Assembly (NCBI GenBank): GCA_963813025.1
Contig: CAWEXO010000014.1
Span: forward strand, 352,001-416,000
Length of the DNA stretch: 64,000 bases
From: an uncultured Verrucomicrobiae bacterium
Lineage (GTDB): Bacteria; Verrucomicrobiota; Verrucomicrobiia; Chthoniobacterales; JAFAMB01
Direction of reading: 5' to 3'
The notes under the pieces were generated by a model that had not been told where the DNA came from, did not search any database, and was given only the letters and a program-made list of their open reading frames with translations. How positions within the stretch are numbered: position 1 is the stretch's first letter; every line of letters begins with the position of its first letter. Shown here in pieces: positions 17,677-29,763 of the stretch. The translations under genes were made by a program, and so were the position numbers.

Positions 17677-19164
17677 TTACTCTCCCGCCTGTGCCTGGCG
17701 CTTGCGCTCCAGGCTCCCCGGGGGTAGCAGCGGACCAATCGGTTCTTGGGCGGGAGCCGTGTTCGGTGGGCGGAGCGAGATCAGATAGGCCACAAGCGCT
17801 CTGGTTTCTGCCGGAGACAAATTGTTTCCGTACGCCGGCATGTTTCCCCCACCTTGGATGACTTGTCGAACAAGTTGCGGGCCGGCCATCTGTGCACCAA
17901 TCGAAGAGAGATCCGGTCCACGCTGACCGCCCTCTCCACCAATCGCATGGCAATTGCGACACTGCTTGTTCTGGAATACGACGGCTCCCTGGAGTTCCAG
18001 AGCGTGTCTTCCTTTGATAAACTCAGGTTTTGACGGTTGGCTCGACCACGCTTCCATGTGCGGAGACCAAGGACCGGCCATCCCCTCGTAGGTAAGGAGG
18101 CTATGCCGAGGTAGCTAAGAACCACCGTCAGGATGGAGATCGGTCTCCGCCGCCAGTTCTTTTCACCTTCGTTCGCGACGAAGGGCAACCCGAAAAGCGC
18201 AATAAACCAGCGCGGGAAGAACGAAAAACAGTAAAATTTCCGACCCGCTCGGCAAGCAGTGCAGCGGCTGCGAAAAGCGCCAGAAAAGGGTAGTCCGGCT
18301 TGCGTCAGAGATTTGCACGGTAGGGTCAGCCGGAATTCCCGGTCCCTTTGGCCCGACAAAAGCCGCCAAGAAAAACATTACAACAACAAAACACCATTAG
18401 CCACGACATCTTTGTTGATCACTCCCGGAACAAACGGGACACCCTCTTTTTTCAGGATTTCATTGTAGTGCTTTCGTAGTTCTCCTGTCGCACCAGGACG
18501 CCCGGTTCCGGCACTTCGTTGATTCCTTTACTGAGCACCAGGCGAAGGTGCATTCCAATCAGCGCGAGAATCCCACCCGGAAGAACAAAAACGTGCAGGG
18601 CGAAAAACCGGGTCAGCGATTCGTTGCCGATGATCGGACCGCCTAAAAGCAGATTCACCAGAGCTATCGCCGAGACGGGGATTCGACCAAAAACGGCGGC
18701 ACCGATACCGACTCCCCAATATGAGTCCGTATCAAATCGGAGCACCTGGCCAGAAAAAGCCATCCCCAGCACCAGAAACATCAGGACGCAGCCGGAGAGC
18801 CATGTGAGTTCTCTCGGGTACTTAAAGGCGCCCCACAAGAAGACCTGAGTCATGTGCAGGAACATGATCAAAACCATCAGGTTGGAGCCCCAATAATGTA
18901 TGCCGCGAATAAACCAGCCTAGCGGCTGATTGAAATTAAGATGCAGCAAGCTCTGATACGCTTCCGCGGCCGAAGGCACATACACCAGGCTTAGCAAGAT
19001 GCCGGTCAGGATTTGCACGGCGAAGCAGGTGAGCGTCATGCTGCCAAAGTGTAAAACCAGCTGCCGGTGCTCTTCGGAACTGGATGTCCAGCCGTTTGCT
19101 CCCAAAGCTTTACCAGATGCAACCGATTTTCCAGCCACATCGCCAGTTTTTGTAGCGTCTTCAT
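17677..19164 (-). CDS. Cytochrome b of a bc-type complex with C-terminal cytochrome c domain; frameshifted
   Basis: GWFIRGIHYWG, MFLHMTQVF, YPRELTW, LTRFFALH, C-terminal CRNCH...NMPAY; ATG at 19164 (MKTLQKLAMWLENRL). Confidence 0.85.
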
Positions 19165-19709
19165 TACGACGTGAGGGGATTGGCCAGCGTCGGTAAAACT
19201 CCGCCCAGAATCATCAGTTCGTTATTCTCGACTTTGTGCTGATATTCGTAGAGACCCCGCGGCGGCGGCCCCGCGGCGTGGGCCCCATCCGCATAAAAAA
19301 CACCTCCATGACAGGGACACATAAACAGCTTCGACTCCTCAAACCACCGAACCGGGCAACCGAGATGAGTGCAATTAACCGCAAAAACCTGAAAATCATT
19401 TCCTGCCTGCCGGCGTACCCAGCAAGGAATATGACTGGTCGATCCATCCTGCGGGTGCGGGTTCGGATTGATGAACGCCACCATGCGGGTCGAGTTTTCG
19501 GGAAATTGATCAATCCGTCCCAAATTAATCCAGCTTAAACCCGACTGTTTGATCAGGCTCGAAGCGATGAATCCGAGAACCGGAATTCCGATCATCGCAC
19601 CCGCGATCGCGTTGATAGCGATGCCCACTTTCAACAGAAAATCGCGCCGCGTTTCGCTGAGTATTTTCTTGTAGTCCGTCGGAGGGTGTTCCGGATCGAT
19701 CGAGCTCAT
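19164..19709 (-). CDS. Rieske 2Fe-2S subunit (Tat signal)
   Basis: TRRDFL, CTHLGC, CPCHGG. Confidence 0.93.
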   Translation of the reverse strand: MSSIDPEHPPTDYKKILSETRRDFLLKVGIAINAIAGAMIGIPVLGFIASSLIKQSGLSWINLGRIDQFPENSTRMVAFINPNPHPQDGSTSHIPCWVRRQAGNDFQVFAVNCTHLGCPVRWFEESKLFMCPCHGGVFYADGAHAAGPPPRGLYEYQHKVENNELMILGGVLPTLANPLTS

Positions 19710-20435
19710 AATCAGTGCTCCTACGGGTTCTGGACAGAGGCCTGTTGTTGGTTTCGGGAAGTCTCGGATTGCGTTGATTGCTTATCCAGGCCACGACATC
19801 AGTCACCTCCTCGGGGACATGGGTTTCCCCGGAGTATGGCGTTCGGAAATCGGGCATTCCGAACTCTGGGCGGCCAACAATAATGACACTGCGAAGATAT
19901 TGATCCGAAACCAGATGCAGATAGTCCGAATTCAGAATCGATCCGGCCGAGCCTCCCTTGCCTTCGGCGCCGTGACACTTCTCGCAATAATTATTATAGG
20001 CGGTGCGCCGCGCTTGGCTTCTCCTCCGGGGCGTTATAGGGTGGCAAACTGGGATCGACTTTGCCCGGTCCCCACCGATAGATCCCATCGACCATGATAT
20101 CGATTTGCTCCTTAGTCAGGTCTCGCCTATTCCCGGGGTTAAACTTAGGCATCAGTGTCCCGGGAACACCCGATCATGATGATTTGGTGCAGAGTGTCTC
20201 GAGGAATAATTGAAAGATAGAGTGGATTATTCATCGAAAGCGAAGCTCCAAAGGTCTTGCCGTCGCTGTGGCATCCGAGACAATTCGCTTCATAGAGGGA
20301 CGCGAAATCCCGGTCTCCGTTGACGGTTGCCAGACGTCGCTTTTTTTTGGTCTACCTGGCATCCAATCGCAGCCGTTAAACGACAGCGCCAAAGCCCGCC
20401 GCCGGCCAACGCTCCTATAAGACAAAAAAGTCCAT
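19706..20435 (-). CDS. Diheme c-type cytochrome, possibly a lipoprotein; frameshifted
   Basis: CLGCH (about 20270-20285) and CEKCH motifs, SFNGC lipobox-like segment; boundaries approximate. Confidence 0.7.
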
Positions 20436-21276
20436 CAGCTCTTTTCCTCGCCTTCCATCGCCTCGACACCCATGCGGGCGGCGAGCGACCAGCTCCGCAT
20501 CGTCTCGACCTTTTGCGATTTATAGACGACATAACCTCCGACTACGCCGAAAGAAATCTGACACAGACAAACCAGAGCCAATCCACCCTGCAGCCAGGGC
20601 TGGATTGATAACATAGAAGACCGGGTAAATCAGGGCGGTCCAGAACAACGGCGTAACAATCCCTCCCCAAAACCATTCGTAGCGCGCGGGTAACATCGGT
20701 AGCAGGACGGTGTAAGTAACCCGATCAGGATGGAGAGCGCTCCATGACTGATCAGCGCAACAACCAGACCCATAGCATTGAACTGTTGCAAAGTGTCCAG
20801 ATTTGCTAGCCGAGCGAGGGCACACCGGCCGCCGCCATCAGGTTAATCGGGTACCAGATGCTGTGCTTCGCGACCAGGCCGTAGAGCAGAGCCATCGCCG
20901 CCATCGTCGAGGCCGCCCGCCACTCCGCCCAGAAAGCCTGAATGATAAGCGATGGGTTTTTACGGGGTAGAACGACCGATGGCCGCCTTGCCCGATAGCC
21001 AGGCGATGGATATCGCGCTTCGACATCTTGATCGGGGCAGCCCGTTTTTCTGGGGCCACCAGAGGGACGAGTTCGTGTCGGGGTACTGGAAAGACACTGC
21101 GAAACCAGCCCACAGCCCCGGTCGCCGCGAGGACTAGTCCGACCAAACTCACGAAAAGGCTGGTGACAAGTCCGAATGCGATCAGCGTGAGCCCAGCTGC
21201 GGCGATTATGGCCAAGTGGTCGGCTCCGGCAAGTCCACCCGCTGCTGCCCTCGTGGGGATGGTGATTCGCGCTCAT
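20432..21276 (-). CDS. Membrane protein of the respiratory cluster; frameshifted
   Basis: Hydrophobic fragments AIIAAAGLTLIAFGLVTS, HSIWYPINL, YTVLLPMLP...PLFWTALIY in successive frames. Confidence 0.65.
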
Positions 21277-21279
21277 GGG

Positions 21280-21874
21280 TCATGAATAGGCTGAGATAAT
21301 ATAGACAACCGTTACCACTACGGCCCAAACCGCGTCGACGAAATGCCAGTACCAGGAGACCATCTCAATGTGTTCGTGGTGCCGATCCTGAATGTGGCCG
21401 CGCATACTGGCGATGAGAACGAGGGACAGCAGAATAAACCCAACCACACGTGGCTGGCGTGGAGCCCGACCAGAGAATAAAAAGTCGACCCGAACAGGTT
21501 GGTGCTGATCGTCAGATGGTCGTCATAAATCAGCTTGTGCCATTCGTATCCGGTGAAAATCAAAACCCGAGTCCTAGGAGCGCCGTGATTGCCCACCAGA
21601 GATGAAACCCGGTTTTTTTGCCCTTCTTAAGAAAGCGTTCGGCCATCACAATCGTTCCACTGCTGGAAAAAAGCAGAATGGTGCCGAGCCAGGGAAACTC
21701 CAGGACCTGGTGAGGATAAGGCGGATTGAGACTTTTCCCAATGTAGAAGAGGTAAGCGACGACAAAGATCGAAAACAGGGCGGATTCTGTGCCGATGAGT
21801 AGGATAACACCTACCTTACGAGGCGAGGGGAGCTGCCATTCGGAGTCGGGTGCTAAAAGGATTTGAGTGCTCAT
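21280..21874 (-). CDS. ctaE: Cytochrome c oxidase subunit III; frameshifted
   Basis: TESALFSIF, LLFSSSGT, FGSTFYSLVGLHASHV, WYWHFVDAVW. Confidence 0.85.
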
Positions 21875-21884
21875 GAGCAGCCGG

Positions 21885-23583
21885 TTATTCGAATTTCCAA
21901 TCAGGATCTTCGGGATGTTTCAGGTCCCACAACGGCCGTCGGCTCTTCACCTCGGGCAGCCGCTCAAAATTGTATTCCGGCGGAGGTGAAGTGGTGGCCC
22001 ATTCCAGGGTCCAAGCGTCCCATGGATCTTCGCCGGCCGGTTTGCCTTTCCAGTATGACCAGAACAGATTGATCACAAAGATCAGTGCCGCCACGCCTTG
22101 GACCACGGCGCCTATCGTGGCAATCAGGTTCCAGATTTCCCAGCCCCGTCCCGCTTGATAAGTGTAGATGCGGCGCGGCATTCCGAGGATCCCGCTGATG
22201 TGCAGCGGATCGAACGTCAGGTGAAATCCAAGAGTGAAGAGCCAGAAATGCCAAAGACCAAGACGCTTATTCATCATCCGGCCAAACGCTTTCGGATACC
22301 AGTAATAGGTCGCGGCGAAAATCGCGAAAACAATGCCGCCGACGAATGACGTAGTGGAAATGGGCAATTACAAAATAGGAGTCGTTGAGCTGCCAATCGA
22401 AGGGAGCGACTCCGAGCATCACCCCGGTCAAACCGGCGATCAGGAACTGGAATAGGAATCCGATGCAGAAAAGCATCGGGAGCTCAAAGCGCAGACGGCC
22501 GCCGAACATGGTCCCTAGCCAATTGAAAATCTTGATACCGGTCGGGATCGCAACCATGAGGCTGGCAAAGGCGAAAAAGGTTATACTGACGAATTCATAC
22601 CGACCGTGAACATATGATGTGCCCACACCGCCGAGCTGATAAATCCAATCAGAACAGCGGCGGCAACCATCATCGGGTAACCAAAGATTGGTTTGCGGGA
22701 AAACACCGGGACAATCTCGGAGACTGCTCCGAAAGCCGGCATCACCAGAATATAGACTTCCGGATGACCGAAGATCCAAAAGAAATGTTGCCAAAGAATC
22801 GGGGATCCACCCGCTTGAGCATCGAAGAATTTCGCGCCGAGAAAACGCTGCAGGCACAACATGATCTGGGCAGCGGAAAGCGCTGGCAGAAAAAGCACGA
22901 CCAGGAACATCGTTACCAGGGCCAGCCAGATAAACAGCGGCATGCGATAGAGCGTCATGCCTTTGCAACGATAACAGATGATCGTGACCATGATGTTAAG
23001 CGCGCCGGTCACGCTGCCAATGCCGCTGATTAGCAGCGACAGCGACCAGTAGTCGGTGCTTGGCCCGGGCGAAAAGGCGCGGGAAGTCAGCGGAGCCAAC
23101 GCAAACCAGGCGACTTGAGGGGGTCCGCCAGCGCCATAGAGTCCGGGGGCAGCGACAAAGCTCAGGAAAAGCAGTACACCGCCGAAAAGCGTCATCCAGA
23201 AAGAAAACGCGTTCAGCCGCGGGAACGCCATGTCCCGCGCGCCGATCTGCAATGGGACCACATAGTTGATCAGCCCAAAGATCATCGGCATCGCGACGAA
23301 AAAGATCATTACGGTGCCGTGCATCGTGATCAGTCCGTTGTAGGTGCCGGGGGGAACTAGATGAAGATTCGACCAGCCGAGTTGCAATCGAATCGTCATG
23401 GCCATGACCCCGGCGACCACAAAAAAGAACCAGGCCGTGCCAAGATACATCAGCCCAAGCTTCTTATGATCCACCGTAAAGACCAGATCCTGAATCCAGG
23501 CAGTCGGTGTACCTGTCTCCTGACCGGGTCTTGTACGGAGCTTGTTCTGTCCCGATCTCAGTAACTAAAGTTCCGTTCGCCAT
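21885..23583 (-). CDS. ctaD: Heme-copper oxidase subunit I (A1 type); frameshifted
   Basis: DHKKLG, TMHGT, DMAFPRLN, FGHPEVY, VWAHHMF, PTGIKIFNW, AHFHY, GMPRR. Confidence 0.92.
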
Positions 23584-23586
23584 AGA

Positions 23587-24737
23587 TCATTTCAAGGTAC
23601 GCAGGTAGGCGAGTATCTGGTCGACCTGCTGCGGTTTGAGTCTCATATTGGGCATCAGGCAGCCCGGTTTGAGGGTTTGCGGGTCTTTCAACCAAGTGCG
23701 CAGATGCTCTTCATCGTTCGGGGCCACGCCGGCACCGAGCGTCTCCCGGCTCATAAAATGCGTCAGGTCAGGACCAAAAATGCCGGGCGGAGGCAAACCC
23801 GCTACCCGGTGACAAGTGCCGCAAGTGTTGTCGAGAAATTGCTTTTTGCCTTTCTCCACTGCCGGATCGTTCGCTGGTGGTTTCTGCTGATTTTCCAGCC
23901 ATCGAATGTAATCTGCCGGCTCTGGACCACCACGCGAATGAGCATGTTGGCGTGTTGATCCCCACACAGAACAGTACAGTTACCCAGGTAAATTCCGGAC
24001 TTGAAGGGTTTGATCCAGAGCTCGTTCCGATAATTGGGCATCAGCCAGATTTTCCATTCAACTGAGCAACCCAGAACCCGTGAGCCACATCGGCCGACTC
24101 AAGCACGAAATCGGTGGCAATCGGCTTCTCCCGGGCTGTTGAGCGGGAATGGATTTCATTGGCCGTGATGATGTGATAGCGCGGATATTCTACTTCCCAC
24201 CAAAAACGATGCCCAACGACTCGGATCACTTCGTTATTGGCCGGAGGCCGCGGAATTACGAATTTCGCCGATCGTCCGTGCCGTCACCAGAACCAGCACA
24301 ACCACAATCAGGATGGGTGGCACTGTCCAGGCCAACTCAATAGCCGCGCTGCCATAGACCTGCGGGGGTTCTCTCTCGTCGTCTTCGGATCCACGCCGCC
24401 GGTAGCGCACGATCGCGTAGGTCAACAGTCCAGCGACTATCAGAAAAATCCCGGCGCATACTATCAAGGTCAGCACCGAGACTCGATAAATGATCTGTGC
24501 CGGCTCGGAGAGTCGGGATCGAAAATGTTCTGGATCGAACGAAGTGGCGAGCTGTTCCTGACCGAAACAGTTTCGGGCCGATAAAAGTCCCGCGACGAAA
24601 ATGGTTGCCCGATAAACCAAAGGAACCCGCTTTGCCTTCCCGCGGCGGGATGGCTGCACGATTTCGCGAAAAGCGTCCTGAACTGGCGCCTCAGAAACCT
24701 TCATTGGGTTTGCTTTGTCAAGTTCGTCAGCCGGCAT
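23587..24737 (-). CDS. ctaC: Cytochrome c oxidase subunit II with fused cytochrome c (caa3 type); frameshifted
   Basis: IELAWTVPP, GHRFWWEVEY, SADVAHGFW, CuA motif CTVLCGDQHANM, C-terminal CGTCH...MP; start uncertain. Confidence 0.88.
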
Positions 24738-24914
24738 CCGTAGGATATAACTATTAGTCCGGCTAATAGCTCTTCTTGGACGATTCGTCGCATCTTAGAC
24801 AGAAGAACCAAGGGTTTCGACAAGAATCTTCGAATCATTTGTTTGAGGCGCCGCGAAACGTCTTGGGCCTCGTCGCAGTTGCCCTTTAGCATCGGCGCCG
24901 TTAGCATGAGTTGA

Positions 24915-25811
24915 ATGTCCGGTCCGAAGATCGATCCATCGTTGCACCAGTCGACCAAGCCCGATTGGATAAAGGTCCGGTTGCCTTCGAATCCTGCTTT
25001 TTTCTCGACTAAAGCGCTGATCGCCGATCTGCGTCTCCACACGGTGTGCGAGTCTGCCCAGTGCCCCAATCGCTGGGAATGCTGGAGCCAAGGAACAGCC
25101 ACCTTCATGATTGCCGGGGATCGCTGCACGCGAGCTTGCGGTTTTTGTGCCGTCACTACGGCAAAGCCGTTTGCCCTGGAAAATGACGAACCCTATCGGG
25201 TCGCCGAAGCGGTCCGACGGATGCGCCTGAAGCATGTGGTGATTACCGCCGTGGCGCGGGATGACTTAGCCGACGGAGGAGCCGAGCATTTCGCCAGAAC
25301 GATCCAGGCGCTCCACAATCGCGATCCGGAGTTGGTCGTCGAAGTGCTGGTTCCGGACTTTCGGGGAAAAGAGGGATCTCTGCGGGCGGTGCTTGAGGCC
25401 CAGCCCGATATCTTTAACCACAATCTCGAAACGGTGGAGCGTTTGACACCGGCGGTTCGTTCTCGCGCAACGTACCGGCTATCGCTGCAAGTGTTGCGCC
25501 GGGCGCGTCAGATTGATCCATCAGTCGTCACCAAGAGTGGTATGATGCTTGGACTGGGAGAGACAGAAACAGAACTCTTTCAGGCGATGGATGATCTTCG
25601 GGAAGTTGAGGTGCAGGTGCTCACCCTCGGCCAGTATCTCCGGCCAACACCGAAGCATTTGCCGGTGGTCGAGTATGTGCGACCCGCCTCGTTTGCCCTT
25701 TATCGGGAAATTGCCGAACAGAAAGGGTTTTCGTACGTTGCTTCCGGCCCCTTGGTTCGCAGTTCCTATCATGCGGCCGACTTCAATCCGGGCCGTCGCA
25801 AGCGCGCTTGA
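24915..25811 (+). CDS. lipA: Lipoyl synthase
   Basis: CESAQCPNRWEC, CTRACGFC, GQYLRP, RSSY. Confidence 0.97.
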   Translation: MSGPKIDPSLHQSTKPDWIKVRLPSNPAFFSTKALIADLRLHTVCESAQCPNRWECWSQGTATFMIAGDRCTRACGFCAVTTAKPFALENDEPYRVAEAVRRMRLKHVVITAVARDDLADGGAEHFARTIQALHNRDPELVVEVLVPDFRGKEGSLRAVLEAQPDIFNHNLETVERLTPAVRSRATYRLSLQVLRRARQIDPSVVTKSGMMLGLGETETELFQAMDDLREVEVQVLTLGQYLRPTPKHLPVVEYVRPASFALYREIAEQKGFSYVASGPLVRSSYHAADFNPGRRKRA

Positions 25812-25814
25812 GGA

Positions 25815-26570
25815 ATGACGGCTAACGCTATGGCATCAGTTCGCGATCTCACCTGCGCTATCATTCCAGCCTATCAGGAGGCGCAGTTTGTTGCCGAAGT
25901 GATTCGCAAAACCAGGAACGAGCTCGGCCGAGTGGTTTTGGTAGACGACGGCTCAACCGACGAAACTGCTCAGGTTGCGGCCGTAGCCGGTGCGGAAGTA
26001 TTGCGCCACTCGGTAAACCAAGGCAAAGGCGCCGCAATCAGAACCGGCTTGAAGCATCTGCTCAGCGAGTCTTTCGAATATTTCCTGCTTCTTGATGCCG
26101 ATGGACAGCATGATCCGGCCGAGATCCCGCGATTCTTGGCTGCTGGCGGGAACTTGAAGGCGGGGCTGATTATTGGCAATCGGTTTGCCGACTCCAAAGG
26201 AATGCCTTTCATCAGGCGATGGACCAACCGTTTCATGTCATGGCAAATCGGTCGGCATTGCGGTTTCCGGCTTCCCGACAGCCAGTGCGGATTTCGTTTG
26301 GCGGAACGACGTCTGGTGCGGTTACTCTTGAACGCGACCAGCGGGTTCGAGTTCGAAACGGAAATGATTTTCGTGGCAGCGCGCAACGGTTTTCGGATCG
26401 AATCGGTGCCTGTCCAGACAATTTATCGCTCCGAGCAGAGTAAGATCCGGCCGGTGAGGGATACGCTCAGGTACTTGAAGCTTCTGCGAAGATATCAGAG
26501 CAAGCCTGGATCCGGCCGCCCTGTGCGTTCGACCCCTCTCGTGGCGGATGAACGGAACAGCGACATTTAG
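25815..26570 (+). CDS. Glycosyltransferase family 2 (DPM1-like)
   Basis: IIPAYQE, VDDGSTD, NQGKGAA, DADGQH, DSQCGFR. Confidence 0.9.
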   Translation: MTANAMASVRDLTCAIIPAYQEAQFVAEVIRKTRNELGRVVLVDDGSTDETAQVAAVAGAEVLRHSVNQGKGAAIRTGLKHLLSESFEYFLLLDADGQHDPAEIPRFLAAGGNLKAGLIIGNRFADSKGMPFIRRWTNRFMSWQIGRHCGFRLPDSQCGFRLAERRLVRLLLNATSGFEFETEMIFVAARNGFRIESVPVQTIYRSEQSKIRPVRDTLRYLKLLRRYQSKPGSGRPVRSTPLVADERNSDI

Positions 26571-26574
26571 GCGT

Positions 26575-26739
26575 TTTTGGAGTGCGCGCGACTTGTCGCC
26601 GCTTTGAGATCGCGCGAAGCGCGCTGTGAGCCAACGGCGTCCTCTCCGTCACGGAACTCGGCACTTCGTGGTTCTGTTCTCGGGCTAGGGCGCGCTCCGC
26701 TCGGTAAGAAAGCGGCGACAAGTCGCGCGCACTCCAAAA
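26575..26739. repeat. Repeat family B: 31-bp perfect inverted arms with variable spacer
   Basis: TTTTGGAGTGCGCGCGACTTGTCGCCGCTTT (26575-26605) and its complement (26709-26739); related copies at 33018-33184 and 53175-53312. Confidence 0.88.
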
Positions 26740-26764
26740 CGCTTCGGCCCGACCTGTCCGCACG

Positions 26765-27424
26765 CTAACGGCTCGCTGGACTCGGGCTTGAAGCGACCGG
26801 GGGGGAACTAAACTCCTTCTTGAGCTGCTCGACGATGACGACATTTCCGGCCTGGCGCTTCTCCTGAATTTCCCTGGCCAGCTGTTCTTCCAGTTTCCGG
26901 CGTTCCTGGAAGTAGTGTTTACGGAATAGTTGTCGCTGTTCTTCGTTCAGGTGGAGTCCTGATTTCTGGTATGCCTCGTTAGCCGACTTTTCTCTTTGCT
27001 CCTGATTGATACGCTGTTGCCGGCGTAAAGCTTCCCGCTCCTCTGGACTTAGGGTTTGCCAGCGATGCAGGTTTTGTAAAAATTTCTGAGGAGAGGCCTC
27101 CGCAGTGGAGGTCTGTTCCGCAGCGCTGGGCGAACGACGAGCGGTATCGGCCTTGGCTGTCGTTGGACCCTGCGGCGACGTAGTCGAGGCATTCCCATTT
27201 TCACTCGACCGGTGCTCCGACCGCGGTGAGGCCGCACTGGTCCCCGCGTTACCTGTTTGCTCCGCGGACCGGTGAATTGCTTCGCTTCTTGGGCTCGGGG
27301 AGGGGGTCGGCGAGACCACGGCTACTGGAGTCACCGGAGTTTGTGCCCAGCTCAGCCGCGCCACGGCCAGCAAGAGAACACTCAGCCCACAAAAATAACG
27401 TAAAAGCCGAAGCGACGAGCTCAT
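26765..27424 (-). CDS. Exported helical protein (DUF3106-like)
   Basis: Signal peptide, low-complexity linker, NLHRWQTLSPEEREALR helical repeat. Confidence 0.6.
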   Translation of the reverse strand: MSSSLRLLRYFCGLSVLLLAVARLSWAQTPVTPVAVVSPTPSPSPRSEAIHRSAEQTGNAGTSAASPRSEHRSSENGNASTTSPQGPTTAKADTARRSPSAAEQTSTAEASPQKFLQNLHRWQTLSPEEREALRRQQRINQEQREKSANEAYQKSGLHLNEEQRQLFRKHYFQERRKLEEQLAREIQEKRQAGNVVIVEQLKKEFSSPPVASSPSPASR

Positions 27425-27432
27425 TGCGGGTT

Positions 27433-27484
27433 AAAAAGCCTGCATCTCCCGCAAATTGCTAAAGATTTGCGGGAGATGCAGGCT
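27433..27484 (-). terminator. Long perfect hairpin, intrinsic-terminator-like
   Basis: 20-bp stem AGCCTGCATCTCCCGCAAAT / ATTTGCGGGAGATGCAGGCT followed by a T run on the minus strand. Confidence 0.65.
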
Positions 27485-27836
27485 AGCGGGACGCCGAAGA
27501 CTCTAACCATACCGAGGATTCCTGCGAGGCGAGGTTATAGTCAAGATTCTCGATGACCTCGGTATCGGTTGGCTCGTTTTGAGCCATAATTGCCGGTGTC
27601 GAATCGGCCTTACGAACATGGCTATGCGGACTCGAGAAAAAGGTCAGAAAAACGGCCAGCGCTCCGGCGGCAGCTCCCGGCAACCCGAATCGAAACCAAT
27701 TGCGCCAAAATGTCCGGCGTTGCTCCTTCGCTTGCCGAACGGCCGCAACCACTTTGGCGGCAAAGAAAGGAGAAGGCTCCGAGTGTCTTGCCCGCCCGAG
27801 CAACGCCCACAAGTCGTCGTTTTCTGGATCCTTCAT
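27483..27836 (-). CDS. Single-TM hypothetical protein, anti-sigma-factor-like
   Basis: DDLWALLGRA...PSPFFAAKVVAAVR, one TM helix, acidic tail (EVIENLD). Confidence 0.6.
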   Translation of the reverse strand: MKDPENDDLWALLGRARHSEPSPFFAAKVVAAVRQAKEQRRTFWRNWFRFGLPGAAAGALAVFLTFFSSPHSHVRKADSTPAIMAQNEPTDTEVIENLDYNLASQESSVWLESSASR

Positions 27837-27871
27837 TGCGATAGGTTGAACCCGGCAACCCGTTCAAAGTT

Positions 27872-29718
<1,847 letters not shown>

Positions 29719-29763
29719 ACTGCAGACCGACTCAGGAGAATAACATAGGAGCGTCCGGGGAAA

